Shown in pieces: positions 1 through 12,120 of a stretch of 64,000 bases of DNA (positions are counted from its first letter, which is position 1; each line of letters opens with the position of its first letter). Source of the stretch: Ranitomeya imitator (taxonomy: Eukaryota); contig NC_091290.1 of NCBI RefSeq assembly GCF_032444005.1, positions 135,656,001-135,720,000 on the forward strand, in the 5' to 3' direction. The notes beneath the pieces are model-generated. The model ran no database searches. It saw only the letters and a list, made by a program, of their open reading frames with translations, and was not told where the DNA came from. The translations under genes were made by a program, and so were the position numbers.

Positions 1-33
1 ATTTGCTCATTTTTGTATTTTTTTTTTTTACAG

Positions 34-3000
34 CTTGACCACGAGTTTTCCTGTTACCACAAACCAGAAAAGATGTTGTCAGATGCCCAAATTTTTCACC
101 TTCTTGTGTTGGTTCTTCTTGTTCGCAATCAGCTTTTTTTCTGCTTTCTACATGGTGCTGATTAGTTTGGACATGACCAAGGACAAAGCCACCAGCTGGC
201 TCATTTCCATCCTGCTCTCCTTGCTACAGAGCATCGTCTTAATACCGCCGATCAAGGTATATTGCCCACCTACAGTATTCGCATGCCAAAATCCGCATGC
301 AAAAATGGAGTGGGATGTAGATTTAGAATGCCATCTGTGGATTTTCCTCCCCTCTACTTCGCCAATACAAATGCAGACATGGCTGTCGGCCATGTCCCTG
401 CTGACGCTGTTAACTGTTGCACAGGTGTTTGCACAAACTATCTTCATGTTCCGTATCCTGAGGAGAAGAAATATTGAAGACACCTCCGAGGAGCAGCAGC
501 TGTATGGGATTCTTGGCCTACTGGGTTAGTACGGCGTCATGATGTTATTTTGGCCATGGAATTTGCTGAAGTCCCCCCGATTGGGGTGACGATTGAACCC
601 GCACTGATCCTAACAAGTGTGTCGTAAACGCTTAGGTAGCAAATCTCTTTAATTATAATTTAGGATTAATATTTTCGACATTTGTACTCACAGTAAGCCG
701 TGCAGACTGGGAGCTCTCAGGCTTCAGGGACCCATCTAATCCAGTGTATCGGGCGCCATCTAACAAGAACACCACCAGTCTGAAGAAACAGAGATCCATG
801 GAGACAAAACTTTACAAACTGATCCATGAGATTGTTGGTACGGCAATTTATTACCATTTTTGCTATGTGTATATCAAATAGCAATCATTACATGAATTAT
901 CTAGTACAAATACCTGTAATGAAGACTCCCAGAAAAAGGGGGAACCTCCAGGGTTCGTTAAAAAACGGGATGCAATGCCATGGATAAAAACAATACATTT
1001 GGAAGTTTCGTTGTGTCTTGCGCCTGGATGCTCCATCATCCAACGTTTATTTCTAGGGGCAGAAATGGTGTATTGACCTGTGAAAAGCAGCTTGGTAATA
1101 GACATTTTTTTTTAACACTGTGCTTTGGACACTGAAGTCCGGAAGTGTGCTCTCCGCCATCTGAAAAAATAGTATATCAATAAGATAACCTTTCCGCAAG
1201 GCCACCCTTAAGCACGGGCCAAATGACTATCCTGTTTGCGGCTGGAATTGGCATTTATTGACAAGTCTAAGAGAAAAAAAAATGCAAAAACCCTGCACCC
1301 AATATTTCAGATTTTATTTTAAAGTTGTTTTTTTTTCCATTTTTAGGGACATTTTATTTTTTACTTAAATTAATGCATTTGGGGGATCAAAATAATTTTC
1401 TTACAGTTGAATTTTATTAAAAGTTTTACAGCGTTTGCCTCCTATGTGTATTGCTGGCTGAAGAATAAGTTAACTGAGAATTTATCATTGCACTTATTCT
1501 GACAGGAGAGTTTCCCAATTCTTTTTTTTTCTGGGTTCCTCTCAGTTGATTTATTATGATCACAGACCACATCAAAGTTGAATTTGTCAAAAAACAGAAG
1601 CCTGTAAAAGCCAAATGGTGCAAAAAAAAAAAAAAAAGATCTATATATATAATTTCCTAAGGGTTTTTCCGTCTGTCTGTCTGTCCTGGAAATCCCACGT
1701 CTCTGATTGGTCGAGGCCGCCAGGCCTCGACCAATCAGCGACGGGCACAGTATCGACGTAGAAATCACGCGTTTCTGATTGGTCGAGGCCGCCAGGCCTC
1801 GACCAATCAGCAATGGGCACAGCGACGATGATGTCATAAAGGATGTAGAAATCCCACGTTTCTGATTCAGCGACGGGCACAGTATCGACGTAGATGTCAT
1901 AATGGTTGCCATGGCGACGATGATGTCATAAAGGTTGCCTCGACCAATCAGCGACGGGCACAGTCTGCCACAATTTCTGGAATCATCATTGTCCATATAC
2001 TACGGGGACATGCATATTCTAGAATACCCGATGCGTTAGAATGCGTTTTTCTGTCTGTCTGTCCTGGAAATCCCGCGTCTCTGATTGGTCGAGGCCGCCA
2101 GGCCTCGACCAATCAGCGACGGGCACAGCATGGCGACGATGATGTCGTAAAGGTTGCCTCGACCAATCAGCGACGGGCACAGCATGGCGACGATGATGTC
2201 ATAAAGGTTGCCTCGACCAATCAGCGACGGGCACAGCATGGCGACGATGATGTCGTAAAGGTTGCCTCGACCAATCAGCGACGGGCACAGCATGGCGACG
2301 ATGATGTCATAAAGGTTGCCTCGACCAATCAGCGACGGGCACAGCATGGCGACTATGATGTCATAAAGGTTGCCTCGACCAATCAGCGATGGGCACAGCA
2401 TGGCGACGATGATGTCATAAAGGTTGCCTCGACCAATCAGCGACGGGCACAGCATGGCGACGATGATGTCATAAAGGTTGCCTCAACCAATCAGCGACGG
2501 GCACAGTCTGCCGCGAATTCGCCTCAACCAATCAGCGACGGGCACAGCATGGCGACGATGTCATAAAGGTTGCTCGACCAATCAGCGACCGGCACAGCAT
2601 GGCGACGATGATGTCATAAAGGTTGCCTCGACCAATCAGCGACGGGCACAGCATGGCGACGATGATGTCATAAAGGTTGCCTTGACCAATCAGCGATGGG
2701 CACAGTCTGCCGCAAATTCGCCTCGACCAATCAGCGACGGGCACAGTATCGACGTAGATGTCATAATGGTTGCCATGGCGACGATGATGTCATAAAGGTT
2801 GCCTCTACCAATCAGCGACGGGCACAGTCTGCCGCGAATTCTGGTATATATATAGTATGTATATAGTATAGTATAATCTATATATACTAGATTGTGGCCC
2901 GATTCTATCGCATCGGGTATTCTAGAATATGCATGTCCCCGTAGTATATGGACAATGATGATTCCAGAATTCGCGGCAACCGTTATGACATAATCATCGC

Positions 3001-6000
3001 CATGGCAACCATTATGACATCTACATCGATACTGTGCCCGTCGCTGATTGGTCGAGGCGAATTCGCGGCAGACTGTGCCCGTCGCTGATTGGTCGAGGCA
3101 ACCTTTATGACATCGTCGCCATGCTGTGCCCGTCGCTGATTGGTCGAGGCAACCTTTATGATATCATCGTCGCCATGCTGTGCCCGTCGCTGATTGGTTG
3201 AGGCGAATTCGCGGCAGACTGTGCCCGTCGCTGATTGGTCGAGGCAACCTTTATGACATCATCGTCGCCATGCTGTGCCCGTCGCTGATTGGTCGAGGCG
3301 AATTTGCAGCAGACTGTGCCCGTCGCTGATTGGTCGAGGCAACCTTTATGACATCATTGTCGCCATGCTGTGACGCGGGATTTCCAGGACAGACAGACAG
3401 ACGGAAAAACCCTTAGGCAATTATATATATACTAGACTAGATTGTGGCCCGATTCTAACGCATCGGGTATTCTAGAATATGCATGTCCCCGTAGTATATG
3501 GACAATGATGATTCCAGAAATTGCGGCAGACTGTGCCCGTCGCTGATTGGTCGAGGCAACCTTTATGACATCGTCGCCATGGCAACCATTATGACATCTA
3601 CGTCGATACTGTGCCCGTCGCTGAATCAGAAACGTGGGATTTCTACGTCCTTTATGACATCATCGTCGCTGTGCCCGTCGCTGATTGGTCGAGGCCTGGC
3701 GGTTATTCCATCTGTCTGTCCTGAAAATCCCGCGTCTCTGGTTGGTCGAGGCCGCAAGGCCTCGACCAATCAGCGACGGGCACGGTATCAACGTAGAAAT
3801 CCCGCGTCTCTGATTGGTCGAGGCCACCAGGCCACGGGCACAGCGACGATGATGTCATAAAGGATGTAGGATGTAGAAATCCCACGTTGAGCGTCACTCT
3901 GTCCGAAGCCTTTATAGACTGCGCAAGCGCAAGCGCCGGCGCAGTCTGGCCCCCACAGAGTAACGCTCCCAGGAGATCGCGGTATGCGTAAACACTGAAC
4001 GCACACCGCGATCTCCAACAGAGAAGCAGGGACCGCCAGGAAGGTAAGTATCGGCTATATTCACCTGGCCTCGTTCCACCGCTGCGCGCCGCCATCTTCC
4101 GGGACCTCTGCCTGTGACGTTCAGTTCAGAGGGCGCGATGACGCGGTTAATGCGCAGCGGTGGAACGGGGCCAGGTGAATATAGCAAGTGCTGGGGGGCC
4201 TGAACTAGCGGCGATACCGGCACCTGACCCCCACAGCGCGCCGGTGTCCCCGCCTGCTCATGCCCCCCCAGCACTCGGCGCCCAGCGACGATAGGTGAGT
4301 ATGGTATTTTTTTTTTTCATATATTGCAGCAGCATACAGGGCATATACCATGGAGCATCTTATGGGGCCATAAACCATAATGGAGCAGTGTACGGGAGCA
4401 TAGACAATGGAGCATCTTATGGGCCATAAACCATAATGGAGCAGTGTACGGGGGCATATACAATGGAGCATCTTATGGGCCATAAACCATAATGGAGCAG
4501 TGTACGGGGGCATATACCATGGAGCGTCTTATGGGCCATAAACCATAATGGAGCAGTGTACGGGAGCATACACACTGGAGCATCTTATGGGGCCATAAAC
4601 CATAATGGAGCAGTGTACGGGGGCATATACAATGGAGCATCTTATGGGGCCATAAACCATAATGGAGCAGTGTACGGGGGCATATACAATGGAGCATCTT
4701 ATGGGGCCATCAACCATAATGGAGCAGTGTACGGGGGCATACACACTGGAGCATCTTATGGGGGCCATAAACCATAATGGAGCAGTGTACGGGGGAATAC
4801 ACACTGGAGCATCTTATGGGGCCATAAACCATAATGGAGCAGTGTACGGGGGCATATACAATGGAGCATCTTATGGGCCATAAATCATAATGGAGCAGTG
4901 TACGGGGGCATATACCATGGAGCATCTTATGGGGGCCATAAACTATAATGGAGCAGTGTACGGGGGCATATACAATGGAGCATCTTATGGGGCCCAAAAA
5001 CCATAATGGAGCAGTGTACGGGGGCATACAAACTGGAGCGTCTTATGGGGGCCATCAACCATAATGGAGCAGTGTATGGGGGCATACACTATGGAGCATC
5101 TTATGGGGCCATAAACCATAATGGAGCAGTGTATGGGGGCATACACTATGGAGCATCTTATGGGGCCATAAACCATAATGGAGCAGTGTACGGGGGCATA
5201 CACATTGGTGCATCTTATGGGGCCATAAACCATAATGGAGCAGTGTACGGGGGCATATACCATGGAGCATCTTATGGGGGCCATAAACCATAATGGAGCA
5301 GTGTATGGGGGCATATACAATGGAGCATCTTATGGGGCCATAAACCATAATGGAGCAGTGTACGGGGGCATATACAATGGAGCATCTTATGGGGGCCATA
5401 AACCATAATGGAGCAGTGTACGGGGGCATATACAATGGAGCATCTTATGGGGCCATAAACCATAATGGAGCAGTGTACGGGGGCATATAATATGGAGCAT
5501 CTTATGGGGCCATAAACCATAATGGAGCAGTGTACGGGGGCATATACTATGGAGCATCTTATGGGGGCCATAAACCTTTATGGAGCAGCGTATGGGGCAT
5601 ATGGATGGGAGCAGCAAATTAAAGAATGGTGGCGCAGGATGGGAGCAGCACATGACAGAATGGAGGCGCAGGATGGGAGCAGCACATGTCAGAATGGAGG
5701 CGCAGGATGGGAGCAGCACATGTCGGAATGGAGGCGCAGGATGGGAGCAGCACATGACAGGATGGAGGCGCAGGAAGGGAGCAGCACATGACAGGATGGG
5801 GGCACAGGATGGGTGCAGCACATGACAGGATGGGGGCGCAGGATGGGTGCAGCACATGACAGGATGGGGGGCAGGATGGGAGCAGCACATGACAGGATGG
5901 GGACGCAGGATGGAGCAGCACATACCAGGATGGAGACCATATACCAATATAAATGCTCGCCACCCGGGCGTAGAATGGGTTCAATAGCTAGTATATATAT

Positions 6001-9000
6001 ATTTGTTTATTTCTAGGCCCCAAAAATTAGCCAAAGAAAATGATTTAAGACACTTGCATGCCATAAGGTATTTTTTATGACAGTTATAGTATTGTTTTCC
6101 ATTTTTAGGTTTACTAAATGCCAGTTTCTTTTTTCTTTTGCTAGTGCACATGATATTTCTGGTCACCACCATGCTCATGGTATATGCAGACAAAAGTCCC
6201 GACGAGTACAACCTGTACACGGCCATAACCAACAGCTTCTCCACTGTGAATAACATTCAGTTCATACCAGATTTTTACAGCTGGTCACGAGAAACGTTGC
6301 TACCAAACCTGTACACCGAAAACCCAGGTAAGTGATATTTACCAGACCATACATGGTGGCGGTGTTGGTGGCCATATTGCTGATCAACTCCAAAAATGCT
6401 GCAATAGAAGGATGGAAGTTTATAAACCTATTATTTTCTTATGACCTTCTCAGGGTTCATTACTGATGGAAATTGCTTCCTCCTGGGCAGCCCCCGCATC
6501 AGGCAGCTGCGGAGACTGTATAACAGCGCAGGCAATCAGAAGCTGTACAACCTAGAGGACACGGGAAGCTACGGGCCAATGTGGAGCCCATTAAGTGGCA
6601 GCAGCAATGCTTCGACGGACAAGTGGATGTACCACACGGTGGCCGATCTGGGAGGACATCCAGTCTGGACACAGCTTGAATATTACCCTGGAGGGGGATA
6701 TGTGGCAGAACTGGGCCTAAATAGCAGCTCTGCAGAGAGGTATAACATGAAGGCCACCGCTACTGGACGTACAGGTCTGCACAGGGCTTAACGGGTAACT
6801 TTCTTATTTCTCTTCTGCAGTGTGATCACAGACATGGAAACAAGCAAATGGCTGGACAGCTACACCATAGCCATCTTTGTGGAGTTCAACGTGTACAACG
6901 CCAATATAAATCTCTTCTGTCTCGTCACCTTCATCCTGGAGACCACTGTGATCGGTAGGACTTGTGCGTATACAGCTAGGTACAGAAATATTCGGACAGT
7001 GACCGCATCTTAGCTTTTTCAGCTCTGCAGGACACTATTCTACAGTCAAAATAAAACAACAGATGTGATTGAAGTGGAGACTTTCAGGTTAAATTAAAGG
7101 GGTTGAACAAAAAAAGTCCTGTAAAACGTTTAGAAATTGCAATAATTTTTCTACTCATTTCAAGGGCTCAAAAGTATTTGGGCAAATTAACTTTACCATA
7201 AATAAAATGTTCATTTTTAATAATTTGCAGACGACGTCCTGAAGTCTGGAAGCCATGGACTTCACCATCACTGGTTTCCTCCTTTGTGATGCTTTGCCGC
7301 CTATACTGCCATTGTTAATTGTTTGTAGGTCTGTCTTAAGTTTTTGTCTTCAGCATGCAAAATGTGGCTCGATGGGGCTGAGATCTGGGGAAGACTCGGC
7401 CATTGCAGAATATTCCACATTTTAGCCTTCACAGGATGTTTTGGGTCATTGTCCATCTGTGCTGTGAAGAACCTTGATGCATTTTGTTAAACCTGAGCAG
7501 AAAGTATCGCCCTGTACACTGTAGAATTCATCTGGCTTCTACTGTCACATCAATAAACACTAGTGACCCGGAGCCATTGGCAGCCATGCATGCCCAAGCC
7601 ATCACACTGCCTCCGCCGTATTTTACAGATGAAGTGCTGGGCTGAGGGTCAGGAGCCACCCCAAGCCTTCTCCGTACTTTCTTCTTCCCATCATTCTGGA
7701 GCAGGTTGATCTTACTTTTGCTTTTCCAGAACTAGGCGGCTTCTTTAGACGTTTCTTGGCAAAGTTTAATACGACCTATTTTTAAGGCTGATTAATGGTT
7801 TGCACCTTGTTGTGAACCCTCTGCATCTGCTCTCATGAAGTCTTCTCTTTATGGTAGACTTACATAATGAATCATCCACTTCCTGGAGAATGTTTTTCAC
7901 TTGGGTGGATGCTGTGAGGGTGTTTTTCCTCACCATGGAAATGATTCTGTGATCATCCACCACTGTTGTCTTCCGTAGACTTCTAGGTCTTTTTGAGCTC
8001 CCAAGCTTTTTTTTTTTTTTTTTTTTTTGCTGAGTGCACTAAACTGTTAATTTTGCCACTCCTAATATTTCTGCTATCCCTTTGATGGACTACTTCTTCT
8101 CTATCAGCCTAATCATGGTCTGTTTCTCTTCCATTGAGAGCTTCTTTGTCCGCATGTTGTGGGTTCACAGCAACAACTTCCAAATGCAAAGGCCACACAT
8201 GGAATCGGCTCCAGACCTTTTACCTGCTCAATTAATTTAGCAAAATTGGGCGGCACGGTGGCGCAGTGGTTAGCATTGCAGCACTGGAGTCCTGGGTTCG
8301 AACCCCACCAAGGACAACATCTGCAAAGAGTTTGTATGTTCTCTCCGTGTTTGCGTGGGTTTCCTCCAGGCACTCCGGTTTCCTCCCACATTCCAAAGAC
8401 ATACTGATAGGGAATTTAGATTGTGAGCCCCATCGGGGACAGTGATGATAATGTGTGCAAAAAATGTAAAGCGCTGCGGAATATGTTAGCGCTATATAAA
8501 AATAAAGATTATTATTATTATTATTATAAAATCCCATGGAGCCCAATAAAGAGCTTTTGAGATAATTGTCCAATTACTTTTTGTCCCTTTAACTAAAGGC
8601 AGCTCCATATTAAAGAGCCAAAATTCCTAAACCCTGACCCAACCCTTAAATTAAAGCTGCGAGTCTGCACTTTAAGCTCACATAGATTATAGAATTGTAT
8701 CTTGATGTTTTGGTAAATGGCTAAAATACCAAAACTTGTGTCACTGTGCAAATATTTATGTATGAGAAACACTACTACAGGTGCTGTGTGCATTGATCAT
8801 TTCTTTTCTTAAAATATTCTTGCAAAATAATTTTCCTCTTTAGGTCAGTGATTTAGAAAACTGTGCCGCTTATCGGATTAGAAGCTTCCTTAAATACTTC
8901 GTCACACTAAGAATCTGAAGCAACTCAACAAATTACAGGGTTAATAGAGATGATGACCTGGTAGTCCATGGCCGTGGGGTAGAAGCCTTACGAACCTCCT

Positions 9001-11637
9001 CCGGCATCTCCACGGTGTTGTCCTGGGTTCTCACTAAGCAGAGCAGGCGCCGAGGAGGTCGGCAGTCTGTTGGCCATGGACTACTAACATGGCAACAGGG
9101 TCTTGGGCATCCATTCTCATTCCGGCGACGGAAAATCCAACACATTGGTGACTCTGTGTTGCAGTAGGTCGTTCGCCATGGAACCAGAGCCTGTCGAGAA
9201 CTTTTTGCGGTTCAGTGTGTTTATTAATTATTCATATTGTTCCTGCTCTTTGTAGGAAGTTTATATCCGTCAAGCGAATTGCAAATTATGCGACTGTATC
9301 ACCAAACAGAAGGAAACTCAACCGTTAAGTTTGTGAGCGAGATGCTGTCCATTGTGATCTTCTTGTACATCATTGTAGTCCAGGTGAGGATAATTTAGTG
9401 AACTTTCTATAGTCAAAGATAGGTAAGTAAACCTACGCCCCAGAGGTGTACACAGAAATCATCAGAGACCAAACCCCAGCCACCTTCATAGGAACAGAAT
9501 AATCAAACTCTAGCTGCCTGCAGCCACCACTAGGGGGAGCTAAGAGCACTGGAATTCATACAAAAGCCATTGAAGTGAAAAGTCTCCCCCTAGTGGTGGC
9601 TGCATGAAAACACCTCAGTGCTGCGCGCTCTTCTGCATCCTATATACAAATGGGCTCATCGATTCCTTTTGATCTTTAAAGTTGGTCCGTTTGAAGCAGC
9701 AAAAATGCTCCTATTTTTGCCAGTTAAGGAACTTGCTGGATTTGTGCATCATTGCAATCTGCTCCGCCAACACAGCGCTGTACATCAAGCGTATATATCT
9801 GCGCCAGCGGGATGTAGACCGTTACCATGCAGATCGTACTCGGTGAGAATACACTTTTAGATTTTGTTTTTATGCTATTGTCACTATAATTTATGTACAA
9901 CATTACGGAATAGGTTAGCGCTTTATTAAAGGGGTATTCCAGATGGAAGCACGATCCAATGGAGAGGTGATAAATGCTACTCTTGTTGGATCATCCGAAC
10001 TGGGGAATATTATCCGTTGCGGACGTTTATGGACTAAACCACTTCCAGAGAAGTCTCACACATCCATGGTCCAATTAAAGGTCTCTTGCCCCAAGTCATA
10101 GGCTCCGGCCATGTGAAAGTAGCCTGAGCCTGGATCCTCCAGACTGTCCCTTTAAATCATTTGACATGATCACTGTTCTTTAGCAGCTATCCTGGCTCAG
10201 TGGCGTCTCACCCCTTTCCTTGTAGATTTGTCAGCTTCTACGACACGGCCACCATAGACAGCGCCCAAAGCTACACCATCGCCTTTCTGGTGTCACTATT
10301 AACCATCAAGCTCTGGCGCCTCCTCAACCTGAACCCGAATCTGCACCTGATCACGACGACGCTGCAGAAGGCGTGGAACGAAATCAGCGGCTTCCTTCTC
10401 ACCATCCTCATCCTCCTGGTGGCGTACTCTATTTCGGTGAGTATTGTGCACCTCGGTGGAGCTTTATGTTCTCATTTTATATATAAATATATTTATTTTA
10501 TTATTTTTCAGTGCAACTTGCTTTTCGGCTGGACCATTTCCAATTACAGAACGGTGACGGACTCAGCTGTGACCATTATCAGCCTTTTAATTGGCATTTT
10601 TAATTACGATGAGGTAAGACTCACATCCGTACCACAATAGTTTACTCTTCCAAATCATTAAGGACTGTTCCAGATTCTTGAATAACCCCATACTGCATTC
10701 TGTTTTCGATCAGCGTCATAATTTCTCGCCAATACCCCATCACACCCTTATGACATCTTTCCTTGTGCAGGTAATTAATCTAGACCCCGTCCTGGGCTCC
10801 CTGCTCATCTTTACCTGCGTCATTTTTCTTGCATTCATAATCGTCAACATCTTCTTGTCCGCTTTGTTGAACGTCTTCTCCAGTGAGCGCAAGAACCCAA
10901 CGGTAAGAACAAAACAGTGAAAAAACAAAAAAGAACCGCCACTTGCAGCAAATAGGTCATCAGCCATAACAATACCAAGGTGCATACATGATTAAATATT
11001 TCTTCAACCTGATGAAGGCTGGTGTACTTACTTAGAAAATGCACATAAGGACACTTGTGACATCCAGTAATGGACATGCTCACGCAAGCAATATTAGGCA
11101 AGGCAAACTATGAAGAATGATGATATAGAGGAGATGAGCAATTTAGTTCTAGCTCCCTTTGTCCTGCGTCCAGACCAGTCCACCATGGCAGCGGGTCTTC
11201 GCTTCTGCACCCAGTGTCCAGGGCACCCATGGAACTAAATACACACCATGATAAATAGGAACAAGAAGCGAGGATGCCAGAAACATTAGTGAGGTATCGC
11301 CAGCACCAGTCAAATTGCGTATCTCTATTAAACAGTCATCGAGACAGTGACTTTCAAAGTAATCACACCAGCCTCATCTGGTCTAAAATCTATTATAGAA
11401 CTTACTCCAGTTGGTATAATGAAACCAGATGACGGATCAGCTTTATTATTGAACAAACACACAATTAACCTGTATACTCGCCTGTGACGTATCCACAACC
11501 TCATCTCCCCCTTTTCCACTTTATAGCCTTATGAAGAAAAAGAAATTGTGGACATGCTCATGTTAAAGCTGTCGGGACTTATCGGTGTATCCAAGAAGGC
11601 AGAACAGTCGTCAGCGGGGAAAGAGAAGCAGTCGTGA
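34..11637 (+). CDS. PKD1L3: Polycystin-1-like 3, 3' portion (~637 aa: TM segments, extracellular polycystin/TOP domain, channel domain, C-terminus); 5' exons lie upstream of the window
   Basis: Exons with AG/GT boundaries and consistent phases: 34-256, 425-524, 694-837, 6145-6327, 6454-6739, 6821-6954, 9256-9383, 9682-9842, 10226-10436, 10512-10613, 10771-10902, 11527-11637 (TGA). Peptides KDKATSWLISILLSLLQSI, GFITDGNCFLLGSPRIRQLR, YPGGGYVAELG, FVEFNVYNANINLFC, LQKAWNEISGF, NLLFGWTISNY are polycystin-1-like. Paralogue assignment rests on tail-to-tail adjacency to IST1. Confidence 0.92.
1640..2844 (+). mobile_element. Two fused + strand copies of a putative non-autonomous Helitron (family 1) with internal 54-bp tandem repeats
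   Basis: Begins A|TCTATATATATAA, then (GTCT)n. The first copy runs into the subterminal hairpin CCCGATGCGTTAGAAT (2027-2042) and jumps into a second copy. The 54-bp unit contains GACCAATCAGC. The intact 3' terminus is seen on the inverted copies. Confidence 0.65.
2887..3886 (-). mobile_element. Two head-to-tail minus-strand copies of Helitron family 1
   Basis: Minus-strand 3' ends with hairpin CCCGAT...ATCGGG followed by CCACAATCTAG|T (CTAG at 2887-2890 and 3437-3440). A 5' (TA)n/(GTCT)n end lies near 3430. No TIR or TSD. Confidence 0.7.
3887..5991 (+). mobile_element. Putative non-autonomous Helitron (family 2) containing two minisatellites
   Basis: Ends ...ACCCGGGCGTAGAATGGGTTCAATAGCTAG|T (CTAG 5988-5991); the hairpin core resembles family 1 (GCGT-AGAAT-GGG). 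Internal ~57-bp repeat at 4335-5575 (~22 copies) and ~34-bp repeat at 5600-5935. 5' end not located. Confidence 0.55.
7043..8770 (-). mobile_element. Decayed Tc1-like transposon, interrupted by a SINE
   Basis: TA|CAGT start at 7041-7046. Transposase remnants on minus: ORF 7766-7963 (KSTIKRRLHE...TTRCKPLIS, HTH region) and a GSVMAWACMAANG motif at ~7570-7610. Right end degenerate and approximate. Confidence 0.75.
8247..8527 (+). mobile_element. tRNA-derived SINE of V-SINE type
   Basis: Pol III A box TGGCGCAGTGG 8259, B box GGTTCGAACCC 8295; central GCGTGGGTTTCCTCCAGGCACTCCGGTTTCCTCCCAC (V-domain-like); L2-type 3' tail ending in (ATT)n; possible AAAAT TSD (8242/8528). Confidence 0.85.
9520..9603. 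repeat. Perfect 20-bp inverted repeat with 44-bp spacer (small MITE-like hairpin)
   Basis: GCAGCCACCACTAGGGGGAG at 9520-9539 and CTCCCCCTAGTGGTGGCTGC at 9584-9603. Confidence 0.8.
9930..10151. mobile_element. T2/Kolobok-type MITE (degenerate)
   Basis: TTAA|AGGGG... and ...CCCT|TTAA ends; TIRs are degenerate. Confidence 0.5.
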
Positions 11638-12120
11638 TCAACCTAGTCCAATTCCAGAATCCTATTTATTGGCAGCATATACACATATTTCAGCTGCTGG
11701 TATATTCCTTATTTCTGCTTTATAATCACTGCACAAAAAACCCTGGAAGGCCACAGCTTTATTTGTAAGAAATGCACGCTCCTACAAGCCTGAAAATGTT
11801 ATGTACAAAGGTTAGAAAATCAGGAAGGGAAGCAGCTCATTAATATATTAGCAGAGATCAGTCCTTTGGGTCTCGCTTTATGACATTCCTGCATAACATA
11901 GAAAATATGGCTGCACTGGAGAAATAAGTCCTCGGCTTAGACTCGCCCCAGGCCAGTGGCCCCTGACTGCAACAGCCCCCGAATATTCAGTGTAGGGGGA
12001 AATCAACACTTCACACCTGAATTGGGAGGGAACCGTATTCACCCCTCAGTTAGAGGAGAGGCCTAGAAACGGATGAAGAAGGTTTTATAGCCGATCAAGA
12101 TAATGAAATTTTTTTTTTTT

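Noticed and set aside
35-529. 164-aa single-exon membrane protein ORF
   Set aside because: It is two PKD1L3 exons joined by a stop-free 168-nt intron (257-424).
8247-8310. tRNA gene
   Set aside because: A and B boxes are present but the cloverleaf is incomplete, and the sequence continues into a SINE body and LINE-type tail.
8900-9230. GC-richer patch in a PKD1L3 intron as an extra exon or retroelement fragment
   Set aside because: No recognisable protein motif or convincing splice pair, and the flanking PKD1L3 exons join in phase without it.
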